The translations under genes and the position numbers were made by a program. Under the pieces are notes generated by a model. That model ran no database searches. It saw only the letters and a program-made list of their open reading frames with translations, and was not told the DNA's origin. From NCBI GenBank assembly GCA_965220085.1, contig CBDCOZ010000003.1:1856001-1920000 (forward strand): 64,000 nt of DNA. Reading direction: 5' to 3'. Source of the stretch: Candidatus Oxydemutatoraceae bacterium (lineage in GTDB: Bacteria; Pseudomonadota; Gammaproteobacteria; Poriferisulfidales; Oxydemutatoraceae). Below, in pieces: positions 9,546-19,487 of this stretch; positions within the stretch are counted from its first letter, which is position 1, and every line of letters begins with the position of its first letter.

Positions 9546-10067
9546 ATGTATCAAGAAGTCTCATGGACAATAAGCTTGGTGTTGGTAGTCTTGGTGGCAA
9601 TCATCTTTGCCACATTCGCTCTCAAAAGCGCCGGCTCCGCAGAGTACGCGGGTGTTCAGCAAAAGGCGATGGGCGTTCGCAAGACGCTGTTCTTTCTCAT
9701 CCTTCTGATTATCGTCCCGATTATCGGCTACACCCTGACCAAGACGCCCTACCCGACTCCCGAGTCGGTAGCCAACGTCAGCAAGACGGTCAATGTCACG
9801 GCTCAGCAGTGGGCGTGGATTATTGATGATACGACCGCCAAGGTCGGTGAGCCGGTACTTTATAAGGTGACATCCACGGATGTGAACCACGGCTTTGCCG
9901 TTTACGATCCCGATTTCAACATCGTCAGCCAGACGCAAGCGATGCCAGGCTACACCAATGCGCTGAAGATTAACTTTCAGACCCCCGGCACCTACAAGAT
10001 TTTATGCCTTGAATATTGCGGTTTGGCGCACCATGCGATGGTCGCTGAGATTACCGTAACCGAATAG
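9546..10067 (+). CDS. Heme-copper oxidase superfamily subunit II with CuA site (NorS-like)
   Basis: DVNHGF...CLEYCGLAHHAM CuA ligands; two TM helices. Confidence 0.9.
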   Translation: MYQEVSWTISLVLVVLVAIIFATFALKSAGSAEYAGVQQKAMGVRKTLFFLILLIIVPIIGYTLTKTPYPTPESVANVSKTVNVTAQQWAWIIDDTTAKVGEPVLYKVTSTDVNHGFAVYDPDFNIVSQTQAMPGYTNALKINFQTPGTYKILCLEYCGLAHHAMVAEITVTE

Positions 10068-10076
10068 GAGATTGCC

Positions 10077-11513
10077 ATGAGTACATTAACGATTCCTGAA
10101 ACTGCTAAAAAGATGATCTTCACCTATGTGGGGCTGTTTGGCATAGTCGTCGTGCTGATGATGGCACTCGGCGTGTTGATGCGCGCAACCCAAGGCGGCA
10201 TGGTCGCACTCGGTGAAGACCTGTTCTACCAGGTGATGACAGCACACGGTGTCGGCATGGTCGGCATTGCGGGGCTTGGCGGGGCTGCGGTTATGTGGTA
10301 CTTCCTGCGCCGGCATGTTGAACTGCACACCGGCATGCTGGTCGTGAACCTGTTGTTGTTCTTAACCGGCGTGGTTTTGATTCTGGGGTCTATCTTTGTG
10401 GGCGGGTTTGCCGCCGGCTGGACTTTCCTCTTCCCGCTGCCCGGGCAATCGGCCGGAGTATGGTCTGCCGGAGCAGCCGTTACCTTTCTGGCGGGCTTAT
10501 TGATCATCGGCGTCGGCTTTCTGCTCCTGTTTCTGGATACCGGCTACGGCATCCTCAAACGCTACGGCAGTTTCGCCAAGTCACTCGGCTGGCCGCAACT
10601 GTTCGGCCACGATGACGGCAATGCGCCGCCGCCGGCAGTCGTCGCAGGCACACTGGTCACCATTATCAATACGCTGGCGCTCATCGCAGGCGCTGCGATT
10701 CTGGTGATGATGATTATCAACATTCTGGTTCCCGCATTCCAGATTGACGCGCTGTTTGCCAAGAACCTGATTTTCTTCTTCGGGCACACTTTCATCAACG
10801 CCACCATTTATATGGCAGTGATTGCGGTATACGAAGTGATGTCGGAATACACCAACCGCCAGTGGAAGGTCAACAAAGTTTTCTTAGCCGCCTGGACCGC
10901 GTCTTTGCTCATGGTGCTGGTCGTCTACCCGCACCACCTGTTGATGGACTTTGCGATGCCGACCTGGATGCTGGTCATGGGGCAAGTCATCTCCTATACC
11001 AGTGCCCTGCCGGTGATTCTGGTCACCGCCATCGGCACACTGGCAATCGTGTATCGCTCGGGCATCCGCTGGGATATGGCACCGTCTCTGCTGTTCTTAT
11101 CGGTCTTTGGCTGGGCTGCGGGAGTGGTGCCGGCGGTGATTGACGGGACAATCTCAATCAATCAGGTGATGCACAACACGATGTGGGTGCCGGGTCACTT
11201 CCACTTCTACTTGATCTTGGGTGTTGCGGCGATGGTCTTCGGGTTTATGTATTACCTTGCAAAGACCGAACGCACAAGTAATGACTGCATCATCGATCGC
11301 GCAAGCTTCTGGCTATATACAGTCGGCGGCACGATCTTTGTGATGACTTTCCTCTTCTCCGGCAAGGAAGGAGTTGCGCGACGCTTTGCCGTGCACTTCA
11401 CAGAGTGGCAAGGCTATGCAACGGTTGCGACATGGTTTGCGCTGCTCATCGTCATCGCAGCTGCGGCCTTTACAGTGCACTTCCTTATCAGTTTGCGACC
11501 GAAAAAGACATAA
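10077..11513 (+). CDS. Heme-copper oxidase superfamily subunit I, probably sNOR-type nitric oxide reductase (NorY-like)
   Basis: All six His ligands (TAHG, FGHT, PHHL, GHFHF); helix VI reads GHTFIN with Asn in place of the cross-linking Tyr. Confidence 0.8.
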   Translation: MSTLTIPETAKKMIFTYVGLFGIVVVLMMALGVLMRATQGGMVALGEDLFYQVMTAHGVGMVGIAGLGGAAVMWYFLRRHVELHTGMLVVNLLLFLTGVVLILGSIFVGGFAAGWTFLFPLPGQSAGVWSAGAAVTFLAGLLIIGVGFLLLFLDTGYGILKRYGSFAKSLGWPQLFGHDDGNAPPPAVVAGTLVTIINTLALIAGAAILVMMIINILVPAFQIDALFAKNLIFFFGHTFINATIYMAVIAVYEVMSEYTNRQWKVNKVFLAAWTASLLMVLVVYPHHLLMDFAMPTWMLVMGQVISYTSALPVILVTAIGTLAIVYRSGIRWDMAPSLLFLSVFGWAAGVVPAVIDGTISINQVMHNTMWVPGHFHFYLILGVAAMVFGFMYYLAKTERTSNDCIIDRASFWLYTVGGTIFVMTFLFSGKEGVARRFAVHFTEWQGYATVATWFALLIVIAAAAFTVHFLISLRPKKT

Positions 11514-11530
11514 GCATCTTTGAACCCGGC

Positions 11531-12154
11531 ATGAAGGCTTTTGTGAATGCGGTGGTGGCACTGGTGTTCGCCGCACTCGTCTTATTCGCAGCAACCGACA
11601 GCCTGCAAACTTTCACCTCCGAAGGTGCGAGACGACTTGCGATCGAACAAAACCCGGTCGCACTGCCCGCTGTACAACTGACCGACTCCAAACACCGCCC
11701 GTTCGCACTCAGCGACTACAAAGGCAAGGTCGTGCTGGTCGATTTCATCTTCACTTCATGCACCAGTATCTGCCATGCGATAACCGCGAGCATGCGCGCG
11801 TTGCACGAGGCTTTGCGCGCCGATGCTTTGCGCGATGATGTGGCGCTACTGACGATCAGCTTTGATTCAAAACGCGATACGCCCGAAGCGCTGGCGCGCT
11901 ATGCCCGCTCCGCCAAGGCCGATACCAAGTCATGGCGCTTTGCCACCGTGCGCGATGATGCGCAACTGCAAACATTGCTGGATGCCTTCGGTGTCGTCGT
12001 CATCCCCGCACCCGATGGCCAGTTTGAACACAACGGGGCGATTCACTGGATCAACCCCGAAGGCAAGCTCGCAAAAGTGTATGACTATCAAGCGAGTGCG
12101 GGCATCCTCAAAGACCTGCAAGCCATGCAACGAAACATTGCCGATGCCGTTTAA
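11531..12154 (+). CDS. SCO/SenC copper chaperone
   Basis: FIFTSCTSIC CxxxC motif and conserved His (EHN). Confidence 0.9.
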   Translation: MKAFVNAVVALVFAALVLFAATDSLQTFTSEGARRLAIEQNPVALPAVQLTDSKHRPFALSDYKGKVVLVDFIFTSCTSICHAITASMRALHEALRADALRDDVALLTISFDSKRDTPEALARYARSAKADTKSWRFATVRDDAQLQTLLDAFGVVVIPAPDGQFEHNGAIHWINPEGKLAKVYDYQASAGILKDLQAMQRNIADAV

Positions 12155-12716
12155 GCCGGGTGCGAAGCATTTGTGGCTTGCGCTACCCGCCGCCCTGCTC
12201 GCACTCGCCACACCAACGGCAAGGGGCCTGCTTGAGCAGTCAATGCTCAGTCACATCCTCATCCAGTTGCCGCTGCTCGCCCTGCTCGGCGGATGGGCGG
12301 CACTGCGCATTGCCGATGCATATCGCATACAGCTTGCCTATCACCACGCATTGCCGCTGGTTATCCTCGCACTGACCACCGCCATGTTCTGGATGATTCC
12401 AAAGTCCATTGACGCAGCGCTTGAGAGCGAGGCGTATGCCGCAGGCAAGTTCATATCGCTACCGCTATTGCTTGGCGCACCACTGGCACTTGGCTGGCGC
12501 CATGTCGGGGCGATTACCCGCGCATTCGTCATCGCCAACCTGCTGAGCATGCTCATCGTGCTCGGCTGGCTCTACATTGAAGCGCCGGTGCGCCTTTGCA
12601 ACTACTACCTGATTAACGAACAGCAACTGCTGGGGCAAGCGATGTTATATATAGGTGCGAGCATTGCTCTGCTGTATACCGTGCGCGTGTTCGCGGGGAG
12701 TCGCGGCGACACTTAA
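12144..12716 (+). CDS. Membrane protein associated with the oxidase cluster (CtaG-like/orf1)
   Basis: Hydrophobic; LEQSMLSHILIQLPLL and RLCNYY; overlaps the senC stop. Confidence 0.75.
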   Translation: MPFKPGAKHLWLALPAALLALATPTARGLLEQSMLSHILIQLPLLALLGGWAALRIADAYRIQLAYHHALPLVILALTTAMFWMIPKSIDAALESEAYAAGKFISLPLLLGAPLALGWRHVGAITRAFVIANLLSMLIVLGWLYIEAPVRLCNYYLINEQQLLGQAMLYIGASIALLYTVRVFAGSRGDT

Positions 12717-12724
12717 ATATCGGA

Positions 12725-12946
12725 TTATCGCACCCGACTGACATTGCTGAGGACAAATCTGCGCACTCGCATCGGTTCGCAAGAACTAAGCCGCTCAGTC
12801 TTGTATTCGCGAAAGGCGCTCAGGGGCAACGATTTGTCAGAACTTATATCCGGTTCCTCGTCGGTCGCGGACAAGGTTCGGCGAATGGTCGGATAACAAT
12901 CGCGTATTAAGACAAAAAAGCCAGTGTCGAGAATATATTGTGTCAT
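12725..12946 (-). pseudogene. Truncated PIN-like (DUF4411-type) gene
   Basis: Begins MTQYILDTGFF, coupled to the XRE-ImmA gene; similarity lost after about 20 codons. Confidence 0.5.
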
Positions 12947-14085
12947 ATCGGATAATAGCGGTGGAACACATCTTCAAGGCCTGCTATGGATTTGGCTTTG
13001 ATGTCAAGATAATCTGCTAACTGTCGTTGGGTGATACGGTTCTGATAATATTGCTCAAAGACAAGCCCCATATACTTGTGGCCTAGGTACGCTTGCTGGG
13101 TGTTGTAATAATCTCCCCCGCTGCCTCCTCCTCGGAAAAACTTTCTCCCCCTAATGCTGCGTTTATAATTTTCGTCAGAAATAAGTTTCTTATCAAGAAA
13201 TTTTCGTAAGATAACTTCAAAACTTACATTATAGGTTTTCGCTAAATTTTCTATATCTGCATCATCGGGCAAATGTGCATAGTCTTTTAATTCATCATCC
13301 GGCACTAAAAAATTTCCTGCAAAGGAATTGCAGAACACTTCTTCGGCCTGATAGCTGCCGCTCCAATCAGTCGTATTGCGAAAATCAACGCCCGCTTTGC
13401 CGGTCAATAAGTGCCCCAACTCATGAAACAAAGTGAATATTTGACGTTGATCGGGCTGACTATTATTAACGTAGATAACCGGAAATGCTTCGTCATACAC
13501 ACAAAATCCACAATATGCATCATCATTAAAAGCCTCTTTGAATACCCATACCCCCAAGCCTTCCAGCGCGGCCCTCCATCTTTTGAAGGCGGTTGCCGCA
13601 TCCCCCCATTTGCGTTGCTCGTCTATTGAGATGCCAACCCGTTTGCGAATGCGAGCAGCCAAACTTTTAGGGGATTCGGATGCCGTTGCATGCGATGCTG
13701 TGATCGGTGTTTGAATCGGATTCCCGCTATGAAGCTCAGATAACCCTATCTGCCTTGCTTTTGCTTTTCTCACAAGATAGCGAATATGAGGAGGGGTATC
13801 TTGGGCAATGTGTTGTGGCAACGCGCGAAGATCATTTTCAATAGGCTCTTCTTCCGGCGGGGCCGGAAAAAAGAACAAAGCAATTGGCCGCTTGTATAGA
13901 TTGGCCAGTTTCTCAAGTTGGGAATAAGTTGGTTGCGACTCGCCGGACTCCCATTGGCGAATAGTATTTGGCGTTACTTTTTTCGCTGAAAATTTATCAG
14001 CAACAATGGCCTCTTCATAACCGCTGGTTTCCCTTGCCCATGCCAGCACAGACGGTGTCACAGGGCATTGATTTTGCGAGCTCAT
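12943..14085 (-). CDS. XRE-family HTH fused to ImmA/IrrE metallopeptidase
   Basis: LAWARE...WESGESQPTYSQLEKLA HTH; RQIFTLFHELGH. Confidence 0.9.
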   Translation of the reverse strand: MSSQNQCPVTPSVLAWARETSGYEEAIVADKFSAKKVTPNTIRQWESGESQPTYSQLEKLANLYKRPIALFFFPAPPEEEPIENDLRALPQHIAQDTPPHIRYLVRKAKARQIGLSELHSGNPIQTPITASHATASESPKSLAARIRKRVGISIDEQRKWGDAATAFKRWRAALEGLGVWVFKEAFNDDAYCGFCVYDEAFPVIYVNNSQPDQRQIFTLFHELGHLLTGKAGVDFRNTTDWSGSYQAEEVFCNSFAGNFLVPDDELKDYAHLPDDADIENLAKTYNVSFEVILRKFLDKKLISDENYKRSIRGRKFFRGGGSGGDYYNTQQAYLGHKYMGLVFEQYYQNRITQRQLADYLDIKAKSIAGLEDVFHRYYPI

Positions 14086-14311
14086 GTGTTGGCTTCCGAT
14101 AAGATGTCTAATATTCTACAAGAAGAAAGAGGTCTGGCAGACAAATCAGGCTTAATATTTCGTATCATCAATCTTGGAACATGAGAGCAATCAATATTCC
14201 GCTGCTTTGTTGGGCGCATCCTTTTCTTCTAAGGACTGTCTCCGCTTGCTTGGCAGTTCTGACAGGGGCAATGGCATCGTGTTGCTTTCTTATGGGAATT
14301 GCGCTCCGCTC

Positions 14312-14659
14312 TTACTCCGTTTCCTCCCGCAACACCCGCTTAAACCTCTCCGGGTCTCTAAAATAAACTTTGGCATTTTCTACAACGCGTCTTAGCAACT
14401 CCCTGTCCTCCGGGGACATCTCTTGCACTTCGAGCAACTCCTTTATCTTGTTCTCGTCAAACTCGCCGTACAACCGACCGATAGCGGCATTCAAGAATGC
14501 GGGAGTTAAAACAGAAACATTCCGGAACGATAAGACCGTCTTCTTCTCCGCGCCTATCGCCGCTTGCAGACGGTCATAAACTTTTTGCCCGTCATCAGAC
14601 GCAACACATAAGTCGCCGCCCACTGCTTCATACACGGATATTTCAAGTTCATTTTCCAT
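14312..14659 (-). CDS. STAS-like DUF4325 protein
   Basis: CVASDDGQKVY, LSFRNVSVLTPAFLNAAIGRLY. Confidence 0.8.
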   Translation of the reverse strand: MENELEISVYEAVGGDLCVASDDGQKVYDRLQAAIGAEKKTVLSFRNVSVLTPAFLNAAIGRLYGEFDENKIKELLEVQEMSPEDRELLRRVVENAKVYFRDPERFKRVLREETE

Positions 14660-14887
14660 AACGTTACCTCAGAAAATATCTTGGGGATTTGGTTTAGAAC
14701 TAAGTTTATACGATATCAATGTCTTCAAAGAGGAAGCGCTCAGTTTGTGCATGTAACTGCGCCAATGTCTGAAAACCTTGCACATCATGCCGAATACTCT
14801 GCAGAGTTATTTTCATAGCGCGACCTCTAACAGACCCATAGTGCTGTCGCTGAAATATTTGTTCTCTTATGCAAGAAGAGCAGAAAA

Positions 14888-15622
14888 TCAGGATCCCGTG
14901 CCATTGATATCCGCCTCCTCTTTTTTCCGCTTTTTACCTTTACCTAATTTGGTGACTTTAGCTAATTGTTGACTGCGTTTCTCTCTGTCAATGTACCACA
15001 TCTCAACAAGCAGATGAAGCAGGCTAACAAGGGCTTGAGCATCATCCGCCGTGACATCTACAATCGTTTCGGGATGGGCGCCAACAAGGGCTTGAGCATC
15101 ATCCGCCGTAACATCTGCAATCGTTTCGGGATGAGCACCTATATTTCCGATATTTTTCAGGCCTAGCAAGGCTTGATATACTTCATTTCCTACATCGCTC
15201 TGGATAGCTTCAATCTCTTTATACAGGTTATTTTTGTTTATGTCCCAAAAATCACGAATCATTCCTTGCAAGCAACGGCGTGCCAGAGCAGCCGACGCCT
15301 TAGGGCTGTCCTCTAAAATAAGGCAAGCCTCTTCATAATCGTCACGGATCTTCTTGGGAATATAATCTGGCCAAGGCTTTGCCGAACTCCTAGGAACCAA
15401 TCGCTTGCGCACTAGTTTACCACCTTCCTCAGGGGAGTACGTGAACCATAGGCTTTCTTTGTTGCAGACAGCATTCGCACACCGAAGAACTACACAGGAT
15501 ACATTTTCTCCGTGAAAGAAGATATTCTGATGACCATAGGTGTAAAAAGATCGGTTCCGCAACGTGCTAACAGCAACTTTAAATCCACAGTGAGGACACT
15601 CTATATTGTCTATTGTGTTCAT
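14888..15622 (-). CDS. DUF4145 (HEPN-like) domain protein with N-terminal Zn ribbon
   Basis: CPHC; DYEEA...SPKASAALARRCLQGM; GNIGAH; internal 19-aa duplication. Confidence 0.85.
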   Translation of the reverse strand: MNTIDNIECPHCGFKVAVSTLRNRSFYTYGHQNIFFHGENVSCVVLRCANAVCNKESLWFTYSPEEGGKLVRKRLVPRSSAKPWPDYIPKKIRDDYEEACLILEDSPKASAALARRCLQGMIRDFWDINKNNLYKEIEAIQSDVGNEVYQALLGLKNIGNIGAHPETIADVTADDAQALVGAHPETIVDVTADDAQALVSLLHLLVEMWYIDREKRSQQLAKVTKLGKGKKRKKEEADINGTGS

Positions 15623-15730
15623 AGTGTTATCTCCTTAATAGTCATGGCGGCGTTGCAAAGATGTCAACTTATTCACATTGCGGATTTCGGCATCTGTTGC
15701 TGAAGGACTGATATATTAACTAACTATATA

Positions 15731-17089
15731 CTAAAACTCAACTAACCTTAATTCCTCAAGCCTAATTGCCATAGCTTCAACTGACACATTAAAGAAATCT
15801 GCCAATGAGAATTCATAATGCCGATAGTTATAGCTCTTGCACCCAGCCAAGAGCTTAGTTAACCCTCTCAGGTTTCGAACTTTCCTCCTCAAACCCTCAG
15901 AACTTTCTCCAGAAGACAATGCAAAAGTAGTTGCCTCATTAATAACGAACTTGTCTGTCAAAAATATAGCCTTAAAAGATCTTCGCACTCTTTCTGGCGA
16001 CATGAGAAAGCATGCCGCAAATTTATCTGCTTCCTGCTCAATATGATTTCGCCTTTTTTGAGTACGTGAACCATCAAGTGGGCGATCACGATGCAAGCCG
16101 CTAATGTTGTGTAACAGTGCATGCCCCAATTCATGAGCAGCAGTAAAGTTTCTAATCGGACTAGAAAATTGTGACGATATGTAAACACGATATTCCTTTT
16201 TATCAATCAGACCAGCCACTTCTTGTTGGTTATGCTCTCCTAATGGTTCTTTGTCGTGTACCTCGTATTTAAAAAGCCTAAATGCATCCAAAGCAGGCAT
16301 CATTCTTCGTTCATTAGTACTTTGATTTAGGTTATCGATTACATCTTGTAGACTAATAGCAATATCTTCTATTTGCTTATCAGAGAATCGTGCGCTAGGC
16401 TTATAGTCATATTTCATTGAGCGAAGAGACTTCTCCTCTTGAAGCTTTCTGAGAACATCGCCTGCCCTGCTCTGCGCTTTGTTTAAGCGTCGTTTCAGAA
16501 AATCAGCCTTTTGCATCACCCCTGCCAACCAGTCTCCATCCTCCCACCACAGCACATCTCTATAGCATCCCAGATTCAGATTGACAACTGCCAACGCACT
16601 TAAAGCTCCTGACGTTGCAGAATTATTTGCCACACTTGCATCCCCGCGTACTGCTCTATATCCTTTCTCAAATATACCTTCTCCATACTCTGCTAGCTCT
16701 ACACACAAGTTTGCAATCTCAAGAACTGTTTCCGTTGCACCTTTAAGTGCTTCTAGATTCATTCTTTGCAAACAACATCCCAAGTCCTGATTCTTTACTC
16801 TATCTCGCATTGATCGTGCCTGAAAAACACGGTCAAACTGGTCGGCATCCCTCTGAAAAGCCTCCTCTAGTGATGGTTTAATCTTGTCGATTTCAGTCTC
16901 AATTTCCTGTAATTTAGGGTCTATTTCCTGATTTTTTCTTTCCTTATGTTCTCGTGTAATTTTTATTACTGTTTGAATTAAAGCACAAGATAGTAGCCCA
17001 CTCAATGCAACAGCTGATCCAGCCCCTGGTATATGTTTGCCTGCTGCAAACTCTTCAAGCAACTGGTTAGTAGGAAGATTTATCATCAT
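15731..17089 (-). CDS. Cyclodeaminase/cyclohydrolase (FTCD_C-like) domain fused to ImmA/IrrE peptidase
   Basis: N-terminal LLEEFAAGKHIPGAGSAVAL; C-terminal RNFTAAHELGH...EQEADKFAACFLM. Confidence 0.8.
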   Translation of the reverse strand: MMINLPTNQLLEEFAAGKHIPGAGSAVALSGLLSCALIQTVIKITREHKERKNQEIDPKLQEIETEIDKIKPSLEEAFQRDADQFDRVFQARSMRDRVKNQDLGCCLQRMNLEALKGATETVLEIANLCVELAEYGEGIFEKGYRAVRGDASVANNSATSGALSALAVVNLNLGCYRDVLWWEDGDWLAGVMQKADFLKRRLNKAQSRAGDVLRKLQEEKSLRSMKYDYKPSARFSDKQIEDIAISLQDVIDNLNQSTNERRMMPALDAFRLFKYEVHDKEPLGEHNQQEVAGLIDKKEYRVYISSQFSSPIRNFTAAHELGHALLHNISGLHRDRPLDGSRTQKRRNHIEQEADKFAACFLMSPERVRRSFKAIFLTDKFVINEATTFALSSGESSEGLRRKVRNLRGLTKLLAGCKSYNYRHYEFSLADFFNVSVEAMAIRLEELRLVEF

Positions 17090-17577
17090 TCACGAGCCTC
17101 CTCAACCATTGCATCAATGATAGTCTGCAACAGCAACAATATAAAAAGAATATTTACCGCAGAAACCCCAAACAGTGCTGATATTAGGAGTTGGTCTAAA
17201 CTAATTCCAGCAAAGTCGCGAAGGGTTGTGACGAGAACGCCGACTTTAGACGTGAAAGCTATTGTCGTATAAAAAATAACAAAAGAAATAGAGAATATTA
17301 ACCAATAGCTACTTATTAGTAAGTAAGATTTTAAAATATGTGTGCCTCTTTTTTTTGCTTCTTCATCAATGCGCTTGTGCAGGTACTTTGTGTAAGAAGA
17401 GCCATACAAAACGGTAATAGATGTCATGTAGAACCCAAACACAATTGAAAAAAACACCACAAGACTCTGCGCTGTTATATCAGTTATGCGAGCATCGAAA
17501 AAGAAAGCCAGTACCGCCACAAGCAAGAAAATACCACAAGCTATATTTTTGTGCACCTTTCGCATCCTACTCCTCAA
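17086..17577 (-). CDS. Hypothetical membrane protein (about 4 TM)
   Basis: Four hydrophobic stretches; overlaps both neighbours. Confidence 0.75.
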   Translation of the reverse strand: MRSRMRKVHKNIACGIFLLVAVLAFFFDARITDITAQSLVVFFSIVFGFYMTSITVLYGSSYTKYLHKRIDEEAKKRGTHILKSYLLISSYWLIFSISFVIFYTTIAFTSKVGVLVTTLRDFAGISLDQLLISALFGVSAVNILFILLLLQTIIDAMVEEARE

Positions 17578-18364
17578 TCCTTTCGATTAGCTTCTGTTTG
17601 ACCTCATTAGGATCGTGGAACCCATCTTCATCCTTAGCAACCTCCACTATTACTTTTTGTGTAAATGTGTCAACGTTAAATACTGATTCAAAATTCTGGT
17701 CATCTTCTCCGATACAAGTCAGAGATTTAACTTCTGATTCCTGCTTCCATCTCACCATCTGCATAAAACATGCAACAAACTTGTCCGTTAGCCTTGCATT
17801 CTTAAAGTTTGCTTCAAGCGTAAAATCTTCGGGTTCTCCAAGACCATACATATCTTTGTGATTTGGGAAAATCTCCATGATTTTAGCTTGCTGGCTAAGC
17901 AAATCTCTCGTAACTATAAGCTTTACTTTATTAACCTTAGCCAGATGCCTTACAAAGTCTTCAGGATCTTTAAAAATATTCTTTATCACAACTCCCTGTT
18001 TCAATTTTCTATTTAAATACTTTTCAAACCACGATTTTTGCCTCGTATTAGAAAGGTAAAGAACACAAGCCTCAGCATGATAAAGACCAAACAACTCTTT
18101 GTCAGGCTCAATCTGATAAGCATCCCGAGGGTTACTCTCTTCTGTCTCGGTTTTAGTGTTGATAACAATTTTACTACGCGGTAAGGGCCTACCGTAGCGA
18201 GCATGCAACCAAAAATACTTATTTTCAACAATCTCTGTATAAATCTGGTAAGCAACACTATCACTTAAATCGTGAACGTGACCCTCATCGATATCTTCTA
18301 AGTCCTCAATGGAGGGGACTTTCCCACCGATAGTAATATATAAAGAAGACAACTCCAGACTCAT
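17567..18364 (-). CDS. Hypothetical protein
   Basis: 265 aa AT-rich ORF with GGGG RBS, first gene of a three-gene operon. Confidence 0.75.
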   Translation of the reverse strand: MSLELSSLYITIGGKVPSIEDLEDIDEGHVHDLSDSVAYQIYTEIVENKYFWLHARYGRPLPRSKIVINTKTETEESNPRDAYQIEPDKELFGLYHAEACVLYLSNTRQKSWFEKYLNRKLKQGVVIKNIFKDPEDFVRHLAKVNKVKLIVTRDLLSQQAKIMEIFPNHKDMYGLGEPEDFTLEANFKNARLTDKFVACFMQMVRWKQESEVKSLTCIGEDDQNFESVFNVDTFTQKVIVEVAKDEDGFHDPNEVKQKLIERIEE

Positions 18365-18551
18365 CGATTATTCCCCATATCGCTCACACGACTCAAACAT
18401 TTCATTTCCATACTAGAATCTGCATGCTACTTTTCTTCATAATAAAAAACGCTTTCTTTTTAGGAGATAAAAAGCTGAGAAAGCAGATTGCAGAAACTCT
18501 TAAAATCTATCTAAGCCATAAAAAACAAAACCACTCGCCCAGTATATCACT

Positions 18552-18895
18552 TCAGCCAGTAGTTAAAAATATTTCGTAGCGTTGTTTCAGGCGGTCGCAA
18601 TCCGGACGATTCTCCAATTGCCGTAGCAGGTGAATGCGCCGTTCGTTCATCTCTTGAAAGCCGTGTTTCAGCATCGGCCCATCGTGCTCTTCCAGCATGT
18701 CGCGGTTGATATGAATCCGGTAGTCCGGGTCAATGCCGAGGATGTTCTGGTCGTAGGCACTGTGATGAATGCAGCACAACGATAGTCCGTTCGGCACTTC
18801 GGTTCTGCCGTCGCGCACGCCGGGAATGATGTGCGCAACATCCGGCAGGCTCTCGCGCTTCAAGCGGCATATGGCGCACTGACTGCCGTAACAAC
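18552..18895 (-). pseudogene. C-terminal fragment of an HNH endonuclease
   Basis: CAIC...AHII...NGLSLCCIHHSAYD; N-terminal part missing. Confidence 0.75.
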
Positions 18896-18913
18896 CTTCA
18901 TTTATGAAACTGC

Positions 18914-19333
18914 TTATCTTCTTCGTTGCTTTAATATGCGAGGTGGTGAAAACTGCGAATAGAATTGGGGCGGCTGGAAGCAAGGGTCTTTTTGACGTAT
19001 CTCAGATAATGAAAAGTCCTTAGAAAGGGGCTTAACCTTCTCCCAAAATACTAATGACACATGCTCTGAGTCTGCCACATAATCCGAGTATTCCTTTTTA
19101 GTTATAGCAATCTGAGTTCTGTAACTTTTCCAAGCCGCAACCGGAGACATGCGTAATACATTCTTAACCGTCGCAAGAGCCGCTATCGCACCAAGCGGAA
19201 GAGTTCCATACACCCACACATTTGAGTTTTCCGACAATAGATGCAACGGACGCTTTCTTAACTCTATGGTCTTCTCGCCGGAAAGCATCAAGTCAAGGTA
19301 CTCAGGCTTCAAGGAAATAATAAACTCAGTCAT
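18914..19333 (-). CDS. ASCH domain protein
   Basis: ISLKPEY...SGEKTIELRKR, PPQ motif. Confidence 0.85.
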   Translation of the reverse strand: MTEFIISLKPEYLDLMLSGEKTIELRKRPLHLLSENSNVWVYGTLPLGAIAALATVKNVLRMSPVAAWKSYRTQIAITKKEYSDYVADSEHVSLVFWEKVKPLSKDFSLSEIRQKDPCFQPPQFYSQFSPPRILKQRRR

Positions 19334-19487
19334 GGAACCCCTTTGTCGGGAATGCGCCGACGATTGATGTCATGAATGATGGGGGATGGACTCAAGAGAC
19401 GACCTCCAGCAACTGGTGCACACGAACAAGCTACTTTGCCGACAAGACAGGCATAATCCGGGAATGGAAGCAACACGGTTGCAACCA

